From Candidatus Levybacteria bacterium RIFCSPHIGHO2_01_FULL_38_26 (GTDB lineage Bacteria; Patescibacteriota; Microgenomatia; Levybacterales; UBA12049), in contig MFNO01000016.1 in NCBI GenBank assembly GCA_001782075.1, forward strand, positions 5,600 through 69,599: a stretch of 64,000 bases of DNA, read 5' to 3'. Below are positions 30,992 to 40,575 of the stretch, one piece after another. Position numbers and translations under genes: made by a program. The notes under the pieces were generated by a model that was given only the letters and a program-made list of their open reading frames with translations, had not been told where the DNA came from and did no database searches. The first letter of the stretch is position 1, and each line of letters starts with the position of its first letter.

Positions 30992-31972
30992 ATGCATTCG
31001 ACAAACTCAGCATACAAGCGTTTTGATAAAATAAACGGAAATTTTAAAGGAAAAGACATTGTTTCACTTGACCAATTTTCTCAAAAAGACATAAAAATAT
31101 TATTTGACGAAGTTCCGAAGATGCGCGAAATCGCCCTCAACGCACGGCCTTCCAAAATAATTGAAGGAAAAATAGTAGTTCTACTATTCTACGAACCATC
31201 AAGCCGCACATTCGGATCCTTCTCAACAGCAGTAAAACAAATCGGAGGTCAAACGGTTGAAATTCTAAACCCCCAAGATTTCTCTTCTATCGTCAAAGGC
31301 GAGACTTTCGAAGACACAATTAGAGTGTTTGAAGCCTACTCAGACGCAATAATCCTGAGGCACCCCCAGGTCGGCTCTGCATCAAAAGCTGCCCAAATCG
31401 CAAAACTTGTACCAGTCATAAATGCTGGTGATGGAGTAGGAGAACATCCTACCCAAACACTTCTTGACCTATATACTATTTATGAAAAATTTGGGAGACT
31501 TGATAATCTCACTGTACTTTTTGCAGGCGATATGTTAAATGGCAGAACTGTGCATTCTCTTATAAAAGGACTTGCTTTATATCCCAAGAATACTTTATAC
31601 CTGCTTTCTTTGCCCAGTTTAAAACTATCAAGAAAAGAATATTCGAACTTTCTAAATCTTGGAATAAAATTGGTGGAATTAGAAAGCGTTAATGACATTC
31701 CCAAAAACGCCGATGTTTGGTATTGGACAAGGATTCAAAAGGAACGATTCAAAAGCATAAAAGACTATGAAAAAACAAGCAACAAATTCGTTGTAAACCA
31801 AGAGTTTTTAGATACTTACGCGAGCAAAAACACAATACTAATGCATCCGCTGCCCAGAGTGGGGGAAATAACACCCAAGGTCGATGATGATCCACGGGCA
31901 GTATATCTTAAAAGTCAAATTAGAAATGGAACATATGTAAGGATGGCTCTTTTGACCAAGGTTTTAGAATAA
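30992..31972 (+). CDS. pyrB: Aspartate carbamoyltransferase catalytic subunit
   Basis: FYEPSSRT, INAGDGVGEHPTQ, TRIQKER, MHPLPR. Confidence 0.95.
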   Translation: MHSTNSAYKRFDKINGNFKGKDIVSLDQFSQKDIKILFDEVPKMREIALNARPSKIIEGKIVVLLFYEPSSRTFGSFSTAVKQIGGQTVEILNPQDFSSIVKGETFEDTIRVFEAYSDAIILRHPQVGSASKAAQIAKLVPVINAGDGVGEHPTQTLLDLYTIYEKFGRLDNLTVLFAGDMLNGRTVHSLIKGLALYPKNTLYLLSLPSLKLSRKEYSNFLNLGIKLVELESVNDIPKNADVWYWTRIQKERFKSIKDYEKTSNKFVVNQEFLDTYASKNTILMHPLPRVGEITPKVDDDPRAVYLKSQIRNGTYVRMALLTKVLE

Positions 31973-31991
31973 CAAATTGTGACAAAAAAAG

Positions 31992-33065
31992 ATGGCAAAA
32001 ATTATCTTGGAGGACGGTTCGATTTTTGAAGGACAAAGTTTTGGTGCATCGATAAGTACCGCCGGTGAAGTAGTTTTTTCAACAGGAATGGTCGGGTATC
32101 CTGAGGCCCTAACCGATCCGTCATACCTAGGACAAATATTGATTCTAACGTATCCCCTAATAGGAAATTATGGGGTTCCGGAAAAAAAGTTATGGGAGTC
32201 TGACAGTTTAAAAATATCGGGGCTGATAGTCTCCAACTACATTGACACTCCCTCTCATTTCCAAAGCAAGAGAACATTAGGAGAATGGCTAAAAGATGAA
32301 AAAATTCCAGGTTTGGAAATTAAGGACACTAGATTTCTCACTCAAAAAATAAGGGCCAAAGGAACCATGCTTGGAAAAATTATTTTAGATAAAGATGTTG
32401 CTTTTTATAATCCAGACAAAGACAACCTAGTGGAAAAAGTGTCAACCAAAAAAGTTTACGTTCACACCTCGGGTGTTGGTTACGTTCACACCTCGGGAAA
32501 AAAACAAAAAACAGTTTTACTTATCGACTGCGGAGCAAAAAAAAATATAGAACGATGTCTTGTCAAAAGGGGAGCCCGAGTCATAACCGTACCTTGGGAC
32601 TATGATCCATTCAATTTACAGCACCCCTCACCCTTGAATAACTTTGACGCAATTATCATTTCAAATGGCCCCGGCGATCCAAAAATGGCTGAAAAAACAA
32701 TAAATACTATTAGCAAAGCGCTAAATAAAAAAATTCCTATTCTAGGCGTATGTCTTGGTCATCAACTCCTAACGCTTGCCGCTGGCGGAGATACAAAAAA
32801 GCTCAAATTCGGCCATCGCAGTCAAAACCAACCATGTATTTTAAAAAATTCCAACAGATGTTATATAACCACCCAAAACCACGGATTTACCGTACATAAA
32901 ATTCCAAAAGGTTTTAAAACCTGGTTTGAAAACGCAAATGATGGCTCCAACGAAGGAATAATTCACGAAAGCCTTCCAATTATGTCTGTGCAATTTCACC
33001 CGGAGTCCACTCCGGGCCCAAATGATACAGAATGGGTCTTTGACTATTTCCTGCAAAAGTTATGA
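31992..33065 (+). CDS. carA: Carbamoyl-phosphate synthase small subunit
   Basis: GEVVFSTGMVGY, TYPLIGNYG, SNGPGDP, GVCLGHQ, QFHPE. Confidence 0.96.
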   Translation: MAKIILEDGSIFEGQSFGASISTAGEVVFSTGMVGYPEALTDPSYLGQILILTYPLIGNYGVPEKKLWESDSLKISGLIVSNYIDTPSHFQSKRTLGEWLKDEKIPGLEIKDTRFLTQKIRAKGTMLGKIILDKDVAFYNPDKDNLVEKVSTKKVYVHTSGVGYVHTSGKKQKTVLLIDCGAKKNIERCLVKRGARVITVPWDYDPFNLQHPSPLNNFDAIIISNGPGDPKMAEKTINTISKALNKKIPILGVCLGHQLLTLAAGGDTKKLKFGHRSQNQPCILKNSNRCYITTQNHGFTVHKIPKGFKTWFENANDGSNEGIIHESLPIMSVQFHPESTPGPNDTEWVFDYFLQKL

Positions 33066-36000
33066 AAAAAGTATTAATTCTTGGTTCGGGTGCGCTCAAA
33101 ATAGGGGAGGCAGGGGAGTTTGACTACTCAGGCTCCCAGGCAGTCAAATCCCTCAAAGAGGAAGGAATAAAAACCGTATTGGTAAACCCAAATATAGCAA
33201 CTATCCAAACTTCCAAACTTTTGGTGGACACAGTATATTTCTTGCCTGTCAATAGTTTTTTTGTAGAGAAAATAATAAACAAAGAAAAACCGGATGGAAT
33301 TCTTTTATCATTTGGGGGACAAACTGCACTTAATTGCGGAGTAGAGCTTTACGAAAAAGGGGTGTTGGACAAAAATAAGGTTGAGGTCCTTGGTACACCT
33401 GTTTCGTCAATTATTTTAAGCGAAGATAGAGATACATTTGCCAAACATCTCCATAAAATAGGACTCCCCACTCCAAAAAGCGGTGCTGCAAAAAATATAA
33501 AAGATGCCATAAAAATATCCCAATCTGTCGGTTTTCCTGTTATGATAAGAGCGGGCTTCGCACTTGGCGGGCAGGGATCAGGAGTTGCGCACAACAAAAA
33601 ACAGCTTGAAGAAATTGTAGCCCACGCTTTGTCTTTCGCTCCGCAGGTTTTAATTGAGAAATATCTTCACCACTACAAAGAAATCGAATACGAAGTTGTG
33701 CGAGATAAATATGATAACTGCATTACCGTCTGCAACATGGAAAATATGGATCCTATGGGAATCCACACGGGTGAATCAATAGTTATAGCTCCAAGTCAAA
33801 CTCTTAATAACTTCGAATACCAAACACTGCGAAACGCGGCTATAAAAATAGCCAGAAGTCTAAATATAGTCGGGGAATGCAATGTACAATTCGCCCTTAA
33901 CCCATATCCTGAAAAAAAACTTATGAGGGGTGACGCGAGCGGAGGAGTCCAAAGGAGCGCATCTTCGTTCGAACTTGAGAGACTAGAAGGAGCACCTTTG
34001 GACGAGCGAGCGGCAGGACCCCGAACGCAAAACAATATTGACTACTACGTCATCGAGGTCAACGCCCGCCTTTCTCGAAGCTCTGCCTTGGCTTCCAAAG
34101 CCACGGGCTATCCACTAGCATACGTAGCAGCCAAACTTGCTTTGGGAAAAAATCTAACAGAAATAAAAAATAAAGTCACTCGAGTCACTCAAGTCTGCTT
34201 TGAACCAGCCCTTGATTACATAGTTGTAAAAATCCCAAGATGGGATATTGAAAAATTCAAAGGAGCTGAGGAAAAGATAGGAAGCAGCATGAAATCAGTA
34301 GGCGAAGTGATGGGAATCGGAAGAATGTTTGAGGAAGCATATCAAAAAGCAATTAGGATGCTTGATCTTGATTTTGAAGGAGCGACAAGCAAGCTGCTTC
34401 TTAAAAAAGGAGAATCTTTGACCTCACTTCTAAAAAACCCGACTCCAAAACGAATGTTTGCTATAGCCGCGGCTCTAAAACGTGGAATGTCTATAAAAAA
34501 AATCAATAACCTCACCGGGATTGATCCGTGGTTTTTGTACAGACTAAAGAATATAGTTGACGAGGAGCGAACTGAACAAAGTGAAGAAGCTCGCCTTCAA
34601 GCAAAACAAGAGAGACGTGGAAAAGCTGTCCGGAGTATTAAAAAAGCATTATCAAAAGAGCGATTGCTCCATCTCAAGCAGCTCGGTTTTTCAGATAGAA
34701 AAATCGGCGAGCTTGTCGGAACTACGGGACTTGAAATAAGAACCCTAAGAAAAAAATATAGCATAATACCCTCTGTATTCTCAATTGACACACTGGCTGG
34801 AGAATTTGAAGCAAAAACTAATTATTTATATCTCACGTACAATGGCAATCACAATGACGTTGAGCCGCTAAAGAAAAATGGCGTTATGGTCTTGGGCTCC
34901 GGTCCATATCGAATCGGCTCATCAGTTGAGTTTGACTGGACTAGCGTAAATACAGCCCAAATCCTCAAGAAGCACAACAAAAAATCAATTATTATCAACT
35001 GCAACCCAGAAACAGTCTCAACCGACTATGATATTTCAGACAGGCTTTATTTTGAGGAGCTGACTTTTGAACGAATAGCAGATATTTACGAATTTGAAAA
35101 TCCATATGGAGTCATCATATCAGTCGGCGGACAAACTCCCAACAACAGAGCTAAGTCTTTAAAAGCTCAGGGATTTAATATACTTGGAACCGATCCTGAA
35201 AATATCGATAGAGCAGAGGATAGGAGTAGATTTTCCAAACTATTAGACGAGTTAGATATATCTCAACCCGCGTGGGAAAAAGTGACAAATGTCAAACAGG
35301 CAATTTCTTTTTGCTCACGCGTTGGATACCCCGTGTTAATTCGACCATCTTATGTTCTTTCAGGAACCCTAATGCGAATTTGTCACAATGTCGACGATCT
35401 GACCCGTTTTATCAAAAAAGCAGCAATTGTCTCAAAAGAATATCCTCTCACTATTTCTAAATTTATAGAAGACGCGAAAGAAATTGAGCTGGATGCTGTT
35501 TCGAAAAACGGAGAAATCAAAGCATCTGTAATTTCCGAACACATAGAAAATGCGGGCGTTCACTCAGGAGACGCCACAATTGTTCTTCCTGTACAAAAGA
35601 TATATGTGAGTACTCAGCGAAAAATTGAAGAAATTGGCAGCAAAATTGCTTCAAGGCTTATGGTCAGCGGACCGTTTAATATCCAATTTTTGGCAAAAGA
35701 CAATCAAGTCCAGGTTATAGAAGTAAATCTTCGCTCATCAAGAACATTCCCATTTATATCAAAAGTGACAGGAATTGATCTTATAAAATTATCTGTCGAT
35801 TCGTTTTTCGGTGAAAGCACTATAGAAAATGATTCAATCCAAAATGTGGAAAATATGAATTTTGTTGCCGTAAAAGCTGCTCAATTTTCTTTTGCGAGAT
35901 TAACGGGCGCGGATCCAATCCTCCATGTTGAGATGGCCTCAACAGGTGAGGTTGCCTGCTTCGGTGAAGATTTGGAAGAAGCATTCCTCAAGGCAGAACT

Positions 36001-36442
36001 TGCGGTGGGTGGAAAAATTCCTAAAAAAGGAATTTTCCTAAGTCTTGGAGCGGAAGAGAACAAAATGAAATTTTTGGAATCTGCGAAAATGATTCAAAAA
36101 TTAAATATCCCGATCTATGCAACAGAAAAAACATCGGCTTTCTATAACAAAAACGGAGTATCAGTAAAACCGCTTTTTAAAATTCATGAAAAAAAATCTC
36201 CCAATATTCTTGAGTGTTTTGAAAGGGGCAGGGTGGACCTGGCTGTAAATATAGTTGATTCACACGTCAAAAAAATTATTGACGATGATTATGCAATTCG
36301 GCGCGCCGCAGTTGATCACAACATCCCACTTTTTACAGACATAAAAAAAGCAGAACTTTTTATAAAAGCAATCACTTCAAAAAAACTAGAAACTCTCCCA
36401 ATAAAATCCTGGGACGAGTACCTTCATTCCGTGGTAAAATAA
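33062..36442 (+). CDS. carB: Carbamoyl-phosphate synthase large subunit
   Basis: GEFDYSGSQA, HTGESI, EVNARLSRSSALASKATGYP, NCNPETVSTDYD; two atypical in-frame inserts. Confidence 0.96.
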   Translation: MKKVLILGSGALKIGEAGEFDYSGSQAVKSLKEEGIKTVLVNPNIATIQTSKLLVDTVYFLPVNSFFVEKIINKEKPDGILLSFGGQTALNCGVELYEKGVLDKNKVEVLGTPVSSIILSEDRDTFAKHLHKIGLPTPKSGAAKNIKDAIKISQSVGFPVMIRAGFALGGQGSGVAHNKKQLEEIVAHALSFAPQVLIEKYLHHYKEIEYEVVRDKYDNCITVCNMENMDPMGIHTGESIVIAPSQTLNNFEYQTLRNAAIKIARSLNIVGECNVQFALNPYPEKKLMRGDASGGVQRSASSFELERLEGAPLDERAAGPRTQNNIDYYVIEVNARLSRSSALASKATGYPLAYVAAKLALGKNLTEIKNKVTRVTQVCFEPALDYIVVKIPRWDIEKFKGAEEKIGSSMKSVGEVMGIGRMFEEAYQKAIRMLDLDFEGATSKLLLKKGESLTSLLKNPTPKRMFAIAAALKRGMSIKKINNLTGIDPWFLYRLKNIVDEERTEQSEEARLQAKQERRGKAVRSIKKALSKERLLHLKQLGFSDRKIGELVGTTGLEIRTLRKKYSIIPSVFSIDTLAGEFEAKTNYLYLTYNGNHNDVEPLKKNGVMVLGSGPYRIGSSVEFDWTSVNTAQILKKHNKKSIIINCNPETVSTDYDISDRLYFEELTFERIADIYEFENPYGVIISVGGQTPNNRAKSLKAQGFNILGTDPENIDRAEDRSRFSKLLDELDISQPAWEKVTNVKQAISFCSRVGYPVLIRPSYVLSGTLMRICHNVDDLTRFIKKAAIVSKEYPLTISKFIEDAKEIELDAVSKNGEIKASVISEHIENAGVHSGDATIVLPVQKIYVSTQRKIEEIGSKIASRLMVSGPFNIQFLAKDNQVQVIEVNLRSSRTFPFISKVTGIDLIKLSVDSFFGESTIENDSIQNVENMNFVAVKAAQFSFARLTGADPILHVEMASTGEVACFGEDLEEAFLKAELAVGGKIPKKGIFLSLGAEENKMKFLESAKMIQKLNIPIYATEKTSAFYNKNGVSVKPLFKIHEKKSPNILECFERGRVDLAVNIVDSHVKKIIDDDYAIRRAAVDHNIPLFTDIKKAELFIKAITSKKLETLPIKSWDEYLHSVVK

Positions 36443-36447
36443 TCTTA

Positions 36448-38220
36448 ATGAGACGTATTATTCTTCTGGTAGCGCTAATATTTCTCTTTTTAATAAAGCC
36501 TCATGTTCACGCAGATGAGGGATGGACTATCGACAATTTCCACTCGGATATTGAAATCCAAAACACAGGAGAAATTCTGATATCCGAAAAAATAGATGTT
36601 GATTTTAACACTCTGTCAAAGCATGGAATCTTTAGAGACATTCCTTATGCTTATGAGTCCAATGGCAAGAAGTCATATACAGAGATTGAAATTATAGATA
36701 TTTTTCAAAATAATTCTAAAGCAAAATATAATATAAATAAGGATCAAGATTATATTCGCCTTAAGATTGGTGATGCCCAAAAAGAAATTTCAGGAGAAAA
36801 TTCTTATATTATCAATTACAGAGCAAAAGGAATATTAAGAGGTTTTACCGATTACGATGAATTGTACTGGAATGTAACAGGAGATAACTGGCCGGTTCCA
36901 ATAACCAATGCGTCTGCCTCCGTAACTTTGCCAAAAGAAGGAATTTTAGAAGTTACTTGCTTCCAAGGATTTTATGGATCACAAGAAATATGCAATTCAA
37001 ATATTTTATCTCCCGCAAATGCTTTTTTTGAAACTAATAAAAACCTTGACTCCCAAGAGGGAATGACAATTGTTGCAGGGTACAACAAAGGACTTGTGCC
37101 TATATTAACTGTCCAAAAACCTCTGACTCTTTGGGACAAGTTTTGGACGCTGCCGTCTCTTGCAACTTTGATTACAGTAATTTTGTTTGGAATCGTTACC
37201 GTATTTATAATATGGTACAAATACGGACGTGATTACTGGTTTTCGCAAAAATATGTCTTTGACCCTAACGCCAAAAGAGAGTTAAAACCAATTGGCGCAA
37301 AAGAAACAATCGTTCCTGAATTCACGCCGCCAGAAAATCTTTCTCCGGCAGAACTTGGAATACTTGTTGACGAACGCGCAAATACTCTTGACGTAGTAGC
37401 AACAATCATTGATCTTGCTGCTCGTGGTTACCTGACTATAAAAGAGGTTCCCAAAAAATGGCTTTTTGGAAATAAAGATTATGTTCTAAATAAACGAAAG
37501 AAAAATAATACATCATATGATCTAAAATATTTTGAAAAGAGCCTTTTGGACAAGCTGTTTAAAGATGTAGACGAAGTATCGATTTCAGATTTAAAAACAA
37601 ATTTTTACACGGATCTTAAGCAAATTAAAGATGAGCTATACAAACACGTTGTCACAAAAAATTTATTCCCCTCAAATCCAGATCGTGTAAGGTTAAAATA
37701 TTTAGCTTTAGGATTTGTAGCCGTAGCGTGGGGATCTATAACAACTTTTCTTAGTAGTAATTTTGAATGGATTTGGCCATTTGATATCGGACTAGGAATA
37801 ATAACGAGCGGATTAATTCTTATAATAATGTCCCGCTTTATGTCCAAAAGAACAGCGCATGGACGGGAATTATATAGAAGGACAAAAGGTTTCCAATTAT
37901 TTATAAGTCAAGCGGAAAAATACAGACAACGGTTTTTTGAAAAAGAAAATATGTTTAATGAAATCCTACCCTATGCAATTGTATTTGGCCTTACAACAAA
38001 GTTTGCAAAAGCTATGGAAAAAATCGCACTACACCCACAAACGTCTTCCTGGTACATAGGCTCAAGATCTTTTAATATTGCAGTTTTTAGCTCTAGTATA
38101 AATAGTTTTTCAAACTCTCTTTCATCAGCAATAGCCGCGACTCCAAAAGGAAGCGGGTTTTCTAGAGGAGGCGGGTTTAGCGGCGGCGGATTTGGCGGCG
38201 GCGGGGGAGGGAGTTGGTAA
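36448..38220 (+). CDS. DUF2207 family membrane protein
   Basis: HGIFRDIP, DELYWNVTG, ATIIDLAARGYL, LPYAIVFG, GGGFGGGGGGSW C-terminus. Confidence 0.9.
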   Translation: MRRIILLVALIFLFLIKPHVHADEGWTIDNFHSDIEIQNTGEILISEKIDVDFNTLSKHGIFRDIPYAYESNGKKSYTEIEIIDIFQNNSKAKYNINKDQDYIRLKIGDAQKEISGENSYIINYRAKGILRGFTDYDELYWNVTGDNWPVPITNASASVTLPKEGILEVTCFQGFYGSQEICNSNILSPANAFFETNKNLDSQEGMTIVAGYNKGLVPILTVQKPLTLWDKFWTLPSLATLITVILFGIVTVFIIWYKYGRDYWFSQKYVFDPNAKRELKPIGAKETIVPEFTPPENLSPAELGILVDERANTLDVVATIIDLAARGYLTIKEVPKKWLFGNKDYVLNKRKKNNTSYDLKYFEKSLLDKLFKDVDEVSISDLKTNFYTDLKQIKDELYKHVVTKNLFPSNPDRVRLKYLALGFVAVAWGSITTFLSSNFEWIWPFDIGLGIITSGLILIIMSRFMSKRTAHGRELYRRTKGFQLFISQAEKYRQRFFEKENMFNEILPYAIVFGLTTKFAKAMEKIALHPQTSSWYIGSRSFNIAVFSSSINSFSNSLSSAIAATPKGSGFSRGGGFSGGGFGGGGGGSW

Positions 38221-38240
38221 AAATATAAATATAATCACAT

Positions 38241-38678
38241 TTATTCACTTAACATGTCTTTTATTTTATTAAAATTTACCTGTGTTTTAATTTTCCTTAA
38301 TGTGTTTCTATATCCAATAATTTCGTCAGGGTACGCATCATGAAAAAATCCCTCTCTATTAAGTCTTTTGGCATAATAACTCTCCTGCCCCTCAGGGCCA
38401 CTTTTTGAAACAAAAAAAGGATCCATACCTTTAATGGTAAATTTTACTCTTCCAGCTCTTTCTAAATTATTTCCAGCCTTCATTTCCATTGTAACTATTG
38501 GCTTCTCTGACTCATCACTAAATCGAAAAACCTGGTATCTTAACCACATAAATCCTTTTTCTTCAGTCCCATTATTTTTCAACAATTCAATTGCAGTCTT
38601 AAATATTTCACCTTTCAACAAGTCCAATTTTTCCGCGCACCTTCCCTCATTATTTACATTATAATTCTCTATACTCAT
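38241..38678 (-). CDS. Orphan hypothetical protein
   Basis: 145-aa ORF filling the gap, antisense to neighbours. Confidence 0.65.
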   Translation of the reverse strand: MSIENYNVNNEGRCAEKLDLLKGEIFKTAIELLKNNGTEEKGFMWLRYQVFRFSDESEKPIVTMEMKAGNNLERAGRVKFTIKGMDPFFVSKSGPEGQESYYAKRLNREGFFHDAYPDEIIGYRNTLRKIKTQVNFNKIKDMLSE

Positions 38679-38737
38679 CTCGCAAGCCTAACATAAACTT
38701 TTGCAAAATTCAATATTTGTTTGATAAAATAAAGCCA

Positions 38738-39802
38738 ATGTCATTAATCAACCTTCCAGGGCTAATCGATCCTCATGTTCATCTAAGAGACCCTGGCCAA
38801 ACAGAAAAAGAAGATTTTTATGCCGGCACTTGCGCGGCCATCGCCGGGGGATACACAACTATAATAGACATGCCGAATAATAAATTCCCTATTACGACTC
38901 TTGAGAGGCTTGAGGAAAAAATTTCAATTGCCAAGAGAAAAATTGCTTGTGATGTTGGATTTTATTTCGGATCAGCAGGAGACAACTTAGACGAATTTGA
39001 AAAAGCAAAAGACAAAGTCCTAGGTCTGAAATTATATCTCAACCAAACAACAGGTAATCTTTTGATCTTTAAAAATTTGCTGGAAAAAACATTTTATGCA
39101 TGGTCCAAATCTTGTTCCAAACCAATCCTTGTTCATGCAGAAGACAAATCAGTTGAAGACCTTATAAATATAGTTAAAAAAATAAATACTCCCACTCATT
39201 TTTGCCATATAAGTCTGAAGTCAGAGTTAAAAATGATAATAGATGCAAAAGAGAAGGGGATACCGGTTACATGCGGCGTTACTCCTCATCATTTGTTCCT
39301 GACAGAAAAAGATGTGAAAATACTTGGACCTTTTGGACAAATGAAACCGCCTCTTTCGAGTAAAAAAGATCAAGACTTCCTTTGGAAGTATTTAAGGTAT
39401 ATTGACGTAGTTGAATCCGATCATGCACCGCATACTATAGATGAAAAAAGGGGAAAGGGGACTGTTTTCGGTGTTCCGGGACTTGAGACAACACTCCCTC
39501 TTTTACTAACAGCTGTTTCTGAAAACCGATTAATATTTGATGACATTATCCGACTCTGCCACACAAATCCATCCAAAATATTTGGTATTAAAACTGATTC
39601 ACAAACAAAAATCGAAATCGATCTTCAAAAATCATACATCATAAATCGTAAATCATTGTTTACCAAATGCGGCTGGTCACCGTTTGAAGGATGGAAATTA
39701 AAAGGAAAAGTGAAAAGAGTTTTTATAAGAGGAGAGAAGGTTTTTGAAGACGAAAAAATCCTTGCAATGCTGGGATCAGGAGAAACTATAATGAATACTT
39801 AA
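38738..39802 (+). CDS. pyrC: Dihydroorotase
   Basis: PGLIDPHVHLRDPG, DMPNN, VHAED, SDHAPH, GWSPFEG. Confidence 0.93.
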   Translation: MSLINLPGLIDPHVHLRDPGQTEKEDFYAGTCAAIAGGYTTIIDMPNNKFPITTLERLEEKISIAKRKIACDVGFYFGSAGDNLDEFEKAKDKVLGLKLYLNQTTGNLLIFKNLLEKTFYAWSKSCSKPILVHAEDKSVEDLINIVKKINTPTHFCHISLKSELKMIIDAKEKGIPVTCGVTPHHLFLTEKDVKILGPFGQMKPPLSSKKDQDFLWKYLRYIDVVESDHAPHTIDEKRGKGTVFGVPGLETTLPLLLTAVSENRLIFDDIIRLCHTNPSKIFGIKTDSQTKIEIDLQKSYIINRKSLFTKCGWSPFEGWKLKGKVKRVFIRGEKVFEDEKILAMLGSGETIMNT

Positions 39803-39806
39803 CCGT

Positions 39807-40400
39807 CTATAATGCTTGGTGTAATTGAACATTCCTTGTCTCATGTACTCTTCTACAAAAATCCCTAGCTTCTTTGTCTGTTATTTCTGTGGATCTAAAA
39901 CCTGTATATTTTTTATCGCTAAATAAAGATATAGAATTACCATCAACTAAAGAAGTAAGATTATTAAACTCCTGCGGAATTCCAATACTAAAAGCAGTTG
40001 TTTTTCCCGGATAAAATCCCCTTCCTCTTTCATCCTTTTTATAATAGACAAATTCTGCAGTTACCCCTTCTTTTTCCCGTAATATTCCATCCTCTTTAAC
40101 ATAATCAGTCTGAATCTTTATACTATATCCTCCGCTATTATTCGGCCCTAAAAATACGTAATTCAGTTTTCTTTCGTCATCTCTAACACTTGGGTCACTG
40201 CCGCCAATCTCTCCCTCCGCAAGTTCATTACGATCTCTGGGACTTGAAAGCTTCTTCATGCCTGAAACGAAATTATTAAAATCCTGATATACAAAATCGT
40301 CTTTCCTCAAAATCTCCGCAAGCTGAGCCTCCAGTTCTTCTTTCGATTCTAAACTAAGATTTTCCCTGAGGGTCCTACTAGGGAATTCTGCTAACGACAT
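39807..40400 (-). CDS. Orphan hypothetical protein
   Basis: 197-aa ORF starting MSLAEF. Confidence 0.7.
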   Translation of the reverse strand: MSLAEFPSRTLRENLSLESKEELEAQLAEILRKDDFVYQDFNNFVSGMKKLSSPRDRNELAEGEIGGSDPSVRDDERKLNYVFLGPNNSGGYSIKIQTDYVKEDGILREKEGVTAEFVYYKKDERGRGFYPGKTTAFSIGIPQEFNNLTSLVDGNSISLFSDKKYTGFRSTEITDKEARDFCRRVHETRNVQLHQAL

Positions 40401-40575
40401 GGTTACACATTAACACATAAATTACTCTTTTTCAATATCAAAAATCAATCACGCTATTTACGGTTTTTTACCGAATCGTCAATAGAAAACCGATACGGGA
40501 TCGATAAAGCTTTGACGATGTGGAAATTTAACTTTTCTTGACTAATTAAAGCTTAAACTATATAGTCAAATTAAG

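Noticed and set aside
33923-34030. Intein or self-splicing intron in carB
   Set aside because: Too short; no C/S...HN intein ends or intron core
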